From the NCBI GenBank assembly GCA_963843005.1, contig CAWJIW010000025.1, positions 6,157 to 70,156 of the forward strand: a stretch of DNA of 64,000 bases, written 5' to 3'. Below the pieces are notes generated by a model that was given only the letters and a program-made list of their open reading frames with translations, did not search any database and was not told the origin of the DNA. Both the position numbers and the translations under genes were made by a program. Positions 29,118 to 38,362 of the stretch are shown here, piece after piece; positions within the stretch are counted from its first letter, which is position 1, and each line of letters starts with the position of its first letter. The stretch is from an uncultured Acidobacteriaceae bacterium. GTDB taxonomy: Bacteria > Acidobacteriota > Terriglobia > Terriglobales > Acidobacteriaceae.

Positions 29118-30211
29118 CAGCGAGCGGTGACCGGTCCCGCGCTCACGCTGACTGGGCGAGCACGGCGGGCACTGGGATCGGTGACACGGTCGGCGATGGA
29201 CCGATGCAGCACTTTCGCAATCTGCCGTACCTCATCCATGAGGTCGTCAAACTGCTCGGGAAAGAGCGACTGGTTGCCATCGCTAAGGGCGTGGTCCGGA
29301 TCAGGGTGGACTTCGACAATGAGACCATCGGCTCCCACTGCCACCGCCGCGCGCGACAGCGGCGTGACCTTGTTGCGCTTGCCGGTGCCGTGGCTGGGAT
29401 CGACGATGATCGGCAGATGGCTGAGCCGCTGCACGGCCGGCACAATGCTGAGGTCGAGCGTGTTGCGAGTGTGGTCGGCGAAGGTCCGCACCCCGCGCTC
29501 GCACAGGATGACGTTGTAGTTGCCTTCGCTCATGATGTACTCGGCGGCCATCAGGAACTCTTCCAGCGTCGCCGACATGCCGCGCTTCAGCAGCACCGGC
29601 TTGCGGGTCCTGCCGGCGTGCTTCAATAGCGAAAAATTCTGCATGTTGCGCGCGCCAATCTGGATGACGTCAGCGTACTTCTCCACCAGCTCGAGCGACT
29701 CGTTATCAATGGCCTCGGTCACGATCAGCAGACCGAAGCGATCGCGTACCTCGGCCAGGATTTTCAGTCCGTCCTCGGCCAGGCCCTGGAAGCTGTATGG
29801 AGAAGTGCGCGGCTTGTAGGCGCCTCCGCGGAAGAAGCGCGCTCCGGCACGGGCCACGCGATCGGCGGCCGCAAACGCCTGCTCGCGGCTTTCGACCGCA
29901 CACGGCCCCGCGATCACGGCAATTTCATCGCCCCCGAAGGTCGCGTCAGAATTGGGGAAGCGCACCACCGTGTCTTCCTCTTTCAAGTCACGGCTGACCA
30001 GCTTGTAAGGCTTGCTGACCCGGATGACCTCCTGCACCCCTTCCATCTCGTCGAAGGTGCCGGTCTCGACCTCCATCTGGTTGCCGGTAATGCCGATGGC
30101 GGTGCGCTGCGCGCCGGGAATGGCGTGCGCGCGTAAACCCAGCGACTCGATCTTCTGACAAACGCGCTGCACCTGCTCTTCAGATGCGTGCGCCTTCATG
30201 ACTATGAGCAT
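29117..30211 (-). CDS. aroF: 3-deoxy-7-phosphoheptulonate (DAHP) synthase, type I-beta, with N-terminal regulatory domain
   Basis: KDO8P/DAHPS-like core ([25 protein letters not shown]) after a ferredoxin-like N-terminal domain. The stop overlaps the downstream start (TGATG). Confidence 0.85.
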   Translation of the reverse strand: MLIVMKAHASEEQVQRVCQKIESLGLRAHAIPGAQRTAIGITGNQMEVETGTFDEMEGVQEVIRVSKPYKLVSRDLKEEDTVVRFPNSDATFGGDEIAVIAGPCAVESREQAFAAADRVARAGARFFRGGAYKPRTSPYSFQGLAEDGLKILAEVRDRFGLLIVTEAIDNESLELVEKYADVIQIGARNMQNFSLLKHAGRTRKPVLLKRGMSATLEEFLMAAEYIMSEGNYNVILCERGVRTFADHTRNTLDLSIVPAVQRLSHLPIIVDPSHGTGKRNKVTPLSRAAVAVGADGLIVEVHPDPDHALSDGNQSLFPEQFDDLMDEVRQIAKVLHRSIADRVTDPSARRARPVSVSAGPVTAR

Positions 30212-30319
30212 TGGGGACCCCTTACCAACGGCCTAGTGTATCGCTCCCGCGCGCAAGCGGCAATTGCAGCGCACCTTGCAGGGCAACCGCCGTTTGTCCG
30301 CATGTAGAATCAGGCCTTC

Positions 30320-31276
30320 ATGGCAGGAACTTCGGATAAGCAAGAGAAAGACATCCTGAAGCTGCTTCCTTCACCCAAGCGGCCACCCACACTCACGTCG
30401 CGACGCATCGGTATTCATACCTCAACCGCAGGTGGAGTTGAGCATGCGGCGGAGCGCGCCTATCGGCTGGGTTGCAACACCTTCCAGATATTTTCCTCGA
30501 GCCCGCGGCAATGGAAGCCGTACGAACTCGCTCGCCCGCAATGCGATGAGATGGCTCGCTTGCGCCAGCGCTACGGATTGACGCCACTGGTCATCCACGC
30601 CAACTATCTCATCAACCTCGGCGGCGGCAATCCTGAGTTCCACGCCAAGTCCATCGCGGCGTTTCGCGGTGAGATCGAGCGCGCCCTCGCGCTCTCCGCC
30701 GAGTTTCTGGTGGTGCATCCCGGCTCATTTCGTGGCAGCAGCCGGGAAGAAGGCCTGCAACGGGTCGCGCTGGCCATCGAGCAGGCCGCGGACGGCCTCG
30801 ATTTGGCCGCGGACAAACTGCGCATCCTCATCGAGAACACCGCCGGCTCGGAGTTCTCCCTGGGCGGCAACTTCGAGCAAGTCGCCGAGTTACTTTACCT
30901 GTTAAGCGGCTTCGTGCCCTCAGGCGCGTGCATTGATACCTGCCACACTCACGTCGCTGGATATGACATCGTCAGCAAAGAAGGTTACGCGGACACGCTC
31001 GACCAGCTTGACCGCACGGTGGGGCTGAAGAATGTTTACGTCTGGCACTGCAACGATGCCAAAGCGGCGCGCGGCTCGAAGCTTGATCGGCATCAGCACA
31101 TCGGCAAGGGAAACATCGGGCTGGAGCCGTTCCGGCGCCTGCTGAACGACCCTCGTACTACGCACGCGGCATTCATCGCCGAGACGCCGATTGACGAGCC
31201 GCTGGACGATCTGGCGAACGTGAATGCGCTGAAGAAACTGGTGAGGAATGTATCTTTGCCGAGCCGCCGCCTGTGA
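30320..31276 (+). CDS. nfo: Deoxyribonuclease IV (endonuclease IV)
   Basis: AP_endonuc_2 sequence IGIHTSTAGG...FQIFSSSPRQW...HANYLINL...VVHPG...ENTAG...CIDTCH. Confidence 0.9.
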   Translation: MAGTSDKQEKDILKLLPSPKRPPTLTSRRIGIHTSTAGGVEHAAERAYRLGCNTFQIFSSSPRQWKPYELARPQCDEMARLRQRYGLTPLVIHANYLINLGGGNPEFHAKSIAAFRGEIERALALSAEFLVVHPGSFRGSSREEGLQRVALAIEQAADGLDLAADKLRILIENTAGSEFSLGGNFEQVAELLYLLSGFVPSGACIDTCHTHVAGYDIVSKEGYADTLDQLDRTVGLKNVYVWHCNDAKAARGSKLDRHQHIGKGNIGLEPFRRLLNDPRTTHAAFIAETPIDEPLDDLANVNALKKLVRNVSLPSRRL

Positions 31277-31392
31277 GTGCCGACGATTAAGGCGCGGCTT
31301 GGGTTGCCGCTAGACTCTGGCCGGAGTGGGGTTTGAGCCCCGCATTTGACGGGGCGAAGCTCAGCACAGCGACTCCGCTTGTAGCGGGGCGA

Positions 31393-32042
31393 AATAATCT
31401 AGCCCAGCGTGAAACGCTGGGTAGGCGGCAAACGACCGCACCTGAGTGCCGTAGGCACGGCAGCCTTCTTCAACCAAAGACGAATCGTGGGTCGTATTGC
31501 ACTCCGGAATTCTTAAGCAGGGCCAGGAACTCTTCCTCGAAGCTGCGCTTCTGGTGGTGTTGAGACTGATTTGCGATGTAATCCATGACCGACTGCCTCT
31601 GCGACTGGCTGACGCTGAACGCTCCATAGCCTTCCTGCCACTGAAATTTGGCCGAGGTCTCGCGTAACCAGCGTGAGCTGTTTGCCTTGATCTCCTGCAT
31701 CGCCGTCGCCAGAGTGATCGTCTGCGGCAGGAGAATGAGCACGTGAAGATGGTTTTCGGTGCCTCCTGCGGCGAGGACATGGATGTTCTTTGCATAGGCA
31801 AGTGCGGCCACATAGCGCCAGACTTCCTCCGGATTGCGGATCAGGTTCTGCCGTTGTTTGGTGCTGAACACGCAATGTAAGAGATTATGGGAGTGGGTAT
31901 GCGACATGGATTCGAGAGTAGGCAACGTTGCTGCAAAATGCGGTGACGGCGCGCACCTATCCATGTTCAGAGCTGCCGTGCCTACGGCACTCACGCGCGG
32001 TCTTTATCCCCTACCCAGCGTTTCACGCTGGGCTAGATTATT
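31393..32042 (-). mobile_element. RAYT unit: Y1 transposase bracketed by inverted REP hairpin modules
   Basis: 31393-31425 is the exact reverse complement of 32010-32042 (33/33). 31446-31464 is the exact reverse complement of 31972-31990 (19/19). Weaker inverted similarity extends to about 31345 and 32105. Confidence 0.8.
31470..31907 (-). CDS. REP-associated tyrosine transposase (RAYT; IS200/IS605 Y1_Tnp family)
   Basis: HUH motif in NHLHVLI and catalytic Tyr context WQEGYGAFSV. About 145 aa. Start at MSHTHSHNLLHCVFSTK. Confidence 0.85.
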   Translation of the reverse strand: MSHTHSHNLLHCVFSTKQRQNLIRNPEEVWRYVAALAYAKNIHVLAAGGTENHLHVLILLPQTITLATAMQEIKANSSRWLRETSAKFQWQEGYGAFSVSQSQRQSVMDYIANQSQHHQKRSFEEEFLALLKNSGVQYDPRFVFG

Positions 32043-32137
32043 GCGTCCGCTTCGCGGACTCGGCGTGCTGGCTGACCTTCGCGGACGCAGTGGCATTGTA
32101 AAATCAAGGTTTACCCCAAGTTCATCTAAAGATCTTT

Positions 32138-34730
32138 ATGTCTGAGTCGAAGACACAACCGCCGAACGTTGCACCGCAAACCGATGCTGCCGCCCGTGCC
32201 GAACGCTACGATCCGCTGGCCATCGAGCAGAAGTGGGCCGAGCGCTGGGCGCAGAATCCCGCTCTCTATCGCGCCGAGCCTCCGACGAGCGCGCGCAAGA
32301 AATACTACGTCCTCGAGATGCTGCCCTATCCCTCGGGCGCGCTGCACATGGGGCACGTGCGCAACTACTCCATCGGCGACGCGCTGGCGCGCTACATGTG
32401 GATGCAGGGTTACAACGTGCTTCACCCGATGGGTTGGGATTCGTTCGGGCTTCCTGCTGAGAATGCTGCCATCCAGAACCGGACTCCCCCGCGCGAGTGG
32501 ACGCTGGGCAACATCGCCAAGATGAAGGCGCAGATGACGCGTCTCGGCTTCGCCTACGACTGGTCGAAGGAAGTCACGACGTGCCTGCCTGACTACTACC
32601 GTTGGAACCAGTGGTTCTTCCTCAAGTTCCTGGAGCGCGGGCTGGCCTATCGCAAGAAGAGCAAGGTCAACTGGTGTCCGCAATGCGCCACCGTGCTGGC
32701 CAACGAACAGGTGCTGCCGAACGGCTGCTGCTGGCGGCATGAGACTACGCTGGTCGAGCAGCGCGAACTGGAGCAGTGGTTTCTGCGCATCACCGACTAC
32801 GCTGACGAACTGTTGCAGGGTCTGGATAATCTACAGGGATGGCCAGAAAAAGTGCGCACCATGCAGCGCAACTGGATCGGCCGCAGCGAAGGCACGCTGG
32901 TTGACTTCAAGCTCGACGGCCCGGCCGGTCCCGCGGGCGACATCATCTCCGTCTTCACCACCCGCGTGGACACCATCTACGGCGCAACATCGTTGCAGTT
33001 GGCGCCCGAGCATCCCATGGTGGCGGACCTGACCGCCGGCAACCCGGAGTTGCTGGCCAAGGTGGAAGACTTGATGGCCGAGCAGCGCAAGGCGAAGGAA
33101 GTTGGCGACATCGGCGCCATCGAGAAGCACGGCATCTTCACCGAACGCTACGCCCTGAACCCGTTCAATGGCGAGCGTGTGCCCATCTGGGTGGCCAACT
33201 ACGTCCTGCTCGATTACGGCACGGGCGCCATCATGTCGGTGCCGGCGCACGACGAGCGCGATTACGAATTCGCCAAGAAGTACGACCTCGACATCCGCGT
33301 CGTGATCCTGCCGCGCCGCGAAGGAGATGCGCCCGACGGCGATCCCGCCAGCCCGGTGTTGCCGTTCACCGAGACCAACAGCCTGGTGATTAACTCCGGC
33401 GAGTTCACCGGAATGCCCTGCCAGGAAGCAATCTCGAAGATGTCGAAGTACGCTGAAGAGCATGGCTTTGGCAAGGCAACCATAACCTATCGCTTGAAGG
33501 ATTGGGGGATCAGCCGCCAGCGCTACTGGGGCACGCCGATCCCGGTCATCTACTGCCCGGCGTGCGGCATCGTGCCCGTTCCGGAGAAGGACCTGCCGGT
33601 CTTGCTGCCGGAGAACGTCAACATCACGCTGGCGGGCGGCTCGCCGCTGGGCCAGGTGCCGGAGTTCGTCAACGTGAGCTGTCCGAAGTGCGGCGGGAGC
33701 GCGCGCCGCGAGACCGACACCATGGACACCTTCGTGGATTCGTCCTGGTATTTCTACCGCTACACCAATCCGGCGCTCGACACCAAGCCGCTCGACTCCG
33801 ACACTGTGGGATACTGGTTCCCCATCGACCAGTACATCGGCGGGGTCGAGCACGCCATCCTGCACCTCATCTACTCGCGCTTCTGGACCAAGGTCATGCG
33901 CGACATGGGCATCGTCAGGAACGACGAGCCGGCGGAGCGCCTGTTCACCCAGGGCATGGTGATCAAGGGCGGCGCCAAGATGTCGAAGAGCCTGGGCAAC
34001 GTGGTCTCGCCCGACGACATGGTGGCGCGCTACGGCGCGGACTCGACCCGCATGTACACGCTGTTCGCTTCCCCGCCCGACCGCGATCTCGATTGGCAGG
34101 ACCTGGGCGTGGAAGGCATCAGCCGCTTCCTGTCGCGCGTGTATCGCTTTGTCGCGCGCAATGCGCGACCGGATGACGCAGCGTGGAACAGTCGCGATGG
34201 CGGCAGCCCGCTTTCGCCGGCCGCGCGGCACATGCAGCGCAAGTTGCACCAGACCATCCGGCGCGTGACCGAAGATTTCGGCGGCCGCTGGCACTTCAAC
34301 ACTTCAATCGCGGCCATCATGGAGCTGATGAACGAGCTTTACGCTTACGAAGACAGCGTGCAGCGCGGGCGAGCAGCCGGCGCCGCTGTCGCTCATGGCC
34401 GACGTGCAGCGCGATCTGGTGCTGATGCTGGCGCCGTTCGCGCCCTATCTTGCGCACGAGTTATGGGAGATGCTGGGCGAGACCTCCGACCTGCTGCGCG
34501 CGCCGTGGCCGCAGTACGATGCCGCGCTGGCCAAGGAAGAGGAAGTCGAGATCGCCATCCAGGTCAATGGCAAGATCCGCAGCCGCATCACCATTCCCGC
34601 CGACGCGGAAGAGGCGCACGTGCGCGAACTCGCCCTCGCCGACGAGAAGGTCAAAGCCGCCATCGCAGACAAAGAAGTCGTGAAGGTGCTGGTGGTCAAG
34701 GGCAGGCTGGTGAATATTGCGGTGAAGTAA
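32138..34730 (+). CDS. leuS: Leucine--tRNA ligase (one apparent frameshift near 34365)
   Basis: HMGHVRNY (HIGH) and KMSKSLGN (KMSKS) motifs. The track ORF runs out of frame after ...[12 protein letters not shown]. The authentic C-terminus ([25 protein letters not shown]...RLVNIAVK*) lies in ORF 34395-34730. Confidence 0.93.
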
Positions 34731-35721
34731 GAACGCGGAACAAGCAATCGAGTGAAGTCCAAGGTTTACATCGAAACGACTGATCCCGGGTTGACCTCGC
34801 GGCGCGCCCGAGCCGCTGACCTGTTCCGGTCGAACCGTGCAGCCGTAAATCGAATTGGACGCGTGCCTGGTGCGGAGTCGCGCCGATAAGCATTCGATCT
34901 GTACGTATCTCAGCTCGTGCGTTCAGGAGATACGGGCCGGAGACGCCCTTCTCGCCAACCAGCAGAATGGAGCTCCTTGCAGACGTTACCGAGAAATGCT
35001 GGCATCTCAGTGGTGAGATACTGAACTTGGTAGCCGAAACCTAATAGCTGAAGGGCCGATCCCGCGGAAAGCCGCTGGCGATGCTGCTCAGATTGCGATC
35101 GCGCGACTGGATTTAATAGCTGCAAGGGTACCGATTCTCCTACACTTCGAAGCAGATTGCCAGCTCATCATAACGAACGCGCGAGAAATGAAGTCGAAGC
35201 GCGGATGAGGCCCATCGTTGAACGAGCTGGGTACGAACTACCGTAGCTCTCTGCACGCGCTCGAAGAGCGGACGGAGAGAAGAGCAAGGTGAAGTGGAAA
35301 GACGAAATCATGAAACCAGTGCGCTGGCGAGACGTTACCGCCGCCATCGATTACGACCGAAAACCGGGATGTGCGAGGACTTGAAAGCGAAGGAAGCCAA
35401 GATCCGGCACGCGGGCTCCGGCTGCAAGCCTCTTGCAAAACCGCATGTACAGCGGACTTGTATCCCTTCGTCACGTCCTTTCCGAGCGCTGCACATCGCG
35501 AGTGAGTCCCAGGCATCTCGCATCAATATGTTTATGACTTTGTACCCGAGCTGCCCGCGCTGACGTGCGCCTTGGTGCCCGGAAACCAGCGGCATTTTCC
35601 GAGGTCATCGGCGAGGAATCAAGACGCAAAGGTGACCGACCTCCCTCGACCTCGAAGCAGTATTGTTACGCAGCATCATCAATACCTTAAGAGTGCAAAA
35701 AATTACAACCGCTGATCTTCC

Positions 35722-37172
35722 TCAGTAGGCCACGTAGGGTCCCGGCCCTGCTGGGGTGCTGGCGTTGTCAATCGCCGTGAACACAGTCCTGCCATAGAAA
35801 AAGGGCAAGCCGAAATCGAACGCGCCGGTTTGCGGTCCGCCCAGGGTGCTGAACGCGGCGTTGCCCGTCTTGAGCAGCGTGTCGGCATTCTCAATACTGA
35901 AGTTCACGACCCCCTGATTTCCGTTTGCGCCCTGGTTGGTCGCCGACAGATTGTCCGGCGATGAGACCGGGCAATACCACCGCGAATTTCCGTCGGCACA
36001 GGTTGGTATGCCCGTGGTGACGCTGTCGAGGAAGGACATCCCGGCCGAACCGCTGTCAAAGAAGCCCGGATAGCTGACCCCATTGAAGGTGGTGGTGATA
36101 TCGCCTTTGTTGGGGCCGCTGTCAGGGACGGTATAGACCGTCGCGCTCTGCAAGGAGTTGTTCGATTGCGTGCCAATGCCGAAGATCAGCGAACCGCTGA
36201 CTGTGCTCACGCCTCCATTGCGTACCGCCGGCAGAAAGATCAGCACACCGTTTCTATCCAGCGAGAACATCGTCACCGGGTTCGGCACCTGCTGGGGGAG
36301 AGTAGCCGTGGTGGGAATGCATCCCGAAGAAGGACAATCATAGTATTGGTACGGAGGGCCTGAGTTAGTTACGCAAGCCGGGCCGCAATCCTGTTGGAAC
36401 ACTCCCAGGCCGATGACTCCGTTGGCGCCGAGAGCGCTCACGCTGTCGCCCTGGTTCGCCCCCATGGATTGGCTGGAACAAGTACCCGGGACAGGTGGCG
36501 AAACGCTGCTCGGAATGACCACCTGCACCGGGGCAGACGATGCCTTCTCACCCGTGATCGAGATGTCGGCCAGCGCTACTGGGCCCCAGGTGTAGCCGTC
36601 CAGGAACACCATGCACTCATCCAGAGGATTTCCGCTGGAGTCATTTTGCTGCGGCAACGCAATGGTCAGCACCGACGACAGCAAACGCAGCCCGGAAGAG
36701 CCGGTATCGACCAGCACGTGATCGATGGTCTGGCAGGTAGTGGTATTGGGCACGCAAACCGTCACGCTGGTAAAAGCCTCGTTCACAGCGGTGAACGTTT
36801 GCGGCTGTGGCCCGGCATCCACCGTGATCGGCTGCAGGTTCACGGGATTGACGACCACGACTGCCGATCCTGACTTCGTCGTGTCCTGGGTCGAAGTTGC
36901 GGTTATTGTTACCGCTGTAGGCGCAAGACGACCGGCGCAGTGAAGACCCCGGCGGTATTGACGGAACCTGCCGTTGTGGTCCAATTCACCATGGTACTGA
37001 AGGCGCCGGTCCCGGCGACCGTGGCAAAACAACCCACCTGCTGGCTGGATTGGATGGGGGACGGCAAACAAACCGTGGTTATGCTCGTGATGGTGAATGC
37101 GGCATTGCCGCCACTGCAGGCGGCCAACCACAGCACACTTCCCACTACAAGCAAGAGCATGACTCTGCGCAT
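35722..37172 (-). CDS. DUF3443-family lipoprotein with pepsin-like D-T/S-G-S motifs (one apparent frameshift near 36935)
   Basis: Lipobox VLWLAACSGG (track ORF 36909-37211). Ig-like N-terminal module. Then VTVCVPNTTTCQTIDHVLVDTGSSGLRL and a second FFDSGSAG motif. Confidence 0.65.
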
Positions 37173-37185
37173 TCTGCTGGTCTCC

Positions 37186-37656
37186 CTAACGGATGTCGCT
37201 GGACTGCACACCTTGCGGTATCAATTGCGGAATGTAAGCCTGGCCATGAAAACTTCGAGGATGTCCGGTTTGCTGGACCACCAGGCCGGGCGTGTCGATA
37301 GAAATGGGCGCGCGACCGTGCCGCTCCCCTTGTTGCATCGCCTGCCGGGCCTGCTCGTAATAGGGGCCGAGCAACTGCTGCAAATCAGGCGGGAATTGCC
37401 CCTCCCACGCCACCCCGAAGACCGCGCCCGCAGGCGAGACATATTCACGCACGATGATGCCGCTGGGGCCGGTGATTTCATGCATCACGTAGGTTTTGGC
37501 ATCCACGCTGCGCAAGGTGCCTTTCATGCGTGCCTGGTCGTTCAGCACCGATGCGGCGGTGTCGCCCAGGACGGCTCCAGCCGGCAAAGGCAGCATTGCC
37601 AGCCCGCACAACAGCAGGAGGGGCACGCGAATCAGGAAGTTGACGTGTCGGTTCAT
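37186..37656 (-). CDS. DUF2844-family secreted protein
   Basis: Signal peptide then ...VREYVSPAGAVFGVAWEGQFPPDLQQLLGPYY. Immediately upstream of the DUF3443 gene. Confidence 0.6.
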   Translation of the reverse strand: MNRHVNFLIRVPLLLLCGLAMLPLPAGAVLGDTAASVLNDQARMKGTLRSVDAKTYVMHEITGPSGIIVREYVSPAGAVFGVAWEGQFPPDLQQLLGPYYEQARQAMQQGERHGRAPISIDTPGLVVQQTGHPRSFHGQAYIPQLIPQGVQSSDIR

Positions 37657-37829
37657 CTTGGCCCTTTCACAGCTGCATTTTCTCACGGCGCGGTCAGAAA
37701 CTGCTTGTCACCAAAGGAACAAACTCCATTGCGGCAAAATTGTTTTCAAATCCAGTCGAATTGAAGGCGAGCCGCAAAGCGGGGTATCCAAGAGGTAGCT
37801 GGCTAGCAGCAGAAGAGATTTCACTTCTG

Positions 37830-38051
37830 CTACGGCCTGTCGTTGCGGCCGGCCAGGAAGTCGTCAGGCACATCAATGGTCTTCATCAACTCGAAGAAGT
37901 CCTCCCAGGAGTGTGGCTTCCTAGACAAAATAACGTCGCCTGTAGCGGGATCGCGGCGGACAAAGACCTCGGGGCCGTCGAAGCGGTACTCCGCGGGCAA
38001 GCGGACCGCCTGGCTGCGGCCACTACGGAAAAGTTTGGCGGTATGGGGCAT
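37830..38051 (-). CDS. AbrB/MazE/SpoVT-type (VapB-like) antitoxin, no cognate toxin adjacent
   Basis: [43 protein letters not shown]. No PIN or other toxin ORF lies downstream. Confidence 0.7.
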   Translation of the reverse strand: MPHTAKLFRSGRSQAVRLPAEYRFDGPEVFVRRDPATGDVILSRKPHSWEDFFELMKTIDVPDDFLAGRNDRP

Positions 38052-38109
38052 CGATGCTCCTTGCTTGGTACACATCCTGAGATATCACGAGTATAGCTTT
38101 GTATCAGGG

Positions 38110-38315
38110 GCGCGGCTTCGGAGGCTGCTGAAAAAGCCCTCTTCATGGTGTCATCCTGAGCGAAGGCGGCGCTGCCTTTGCGCCGCCGGAGTCGAAGGAC
38201 CCCTATTCGACCCAAGCAGTCAGGGCAGCATAGGGGCCCTTCGACTCGCGGCAAGAGCGGCCGCTCGCTCAGGGTGACACGATTGGAGTTTTTCAGCAGC
38301 CCGCAAAAGTGCCCC
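38110..38315. repeat. Nested palindrome: Family C full element (38148-38280) flanked by inverted Family A ends
   Basis: gtgtcatcctgagcgaaggcggc...gccgctcgctcagggtgacac. Inner pair gagtcgaaggacccctat / ataggggcccttcgactc. Outer pair ctgctgaaaaa / tttttcagcag. Confidence 0.75.
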
Positions 38316-38362
38316 CGATACGAACCGCAAGGGCCTGAGAGACGAGATGCAGTCGGTCTACC

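Noticed and set aside
31361-31994. Alternative ORFs 31361-31813 and 31513-31875, and the N-terminal extension (to 31994) of the RAYT ORF.
   Set aside because: Only the 31470-31907 frame carries the HUH and Tyr motifs. The extension would run into the right-hand REP module. The others are off-frame overlaps.
32831-34294. 487-aa minus-strand ORF antisense to leuS. Similar long antisense or off-frame ORFs occur elsewhere, for example 1594-2553, 9552-10490, 19120-20037, 39885-40868, 40922-41620, 44262-45248, 49470-50435, 50864-51886.
   Set aside because: These are typical stop-poor alternative frames of high-GC coding DNA, with Arg/Ala/Gly/Pro-rich low-complexity translations. Each overlaps a gene that has clear family motifs on the other strand or frame.
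37809-37830. Hairpin gcagaag-agatttca-cttctgc after the orphan antitoxin, considered as an intrinsic terminator.
   Set aside because: The stem is only 7 bp and no U-tract follows on the transcribed (minus) strand, so it is not called as a terminator.
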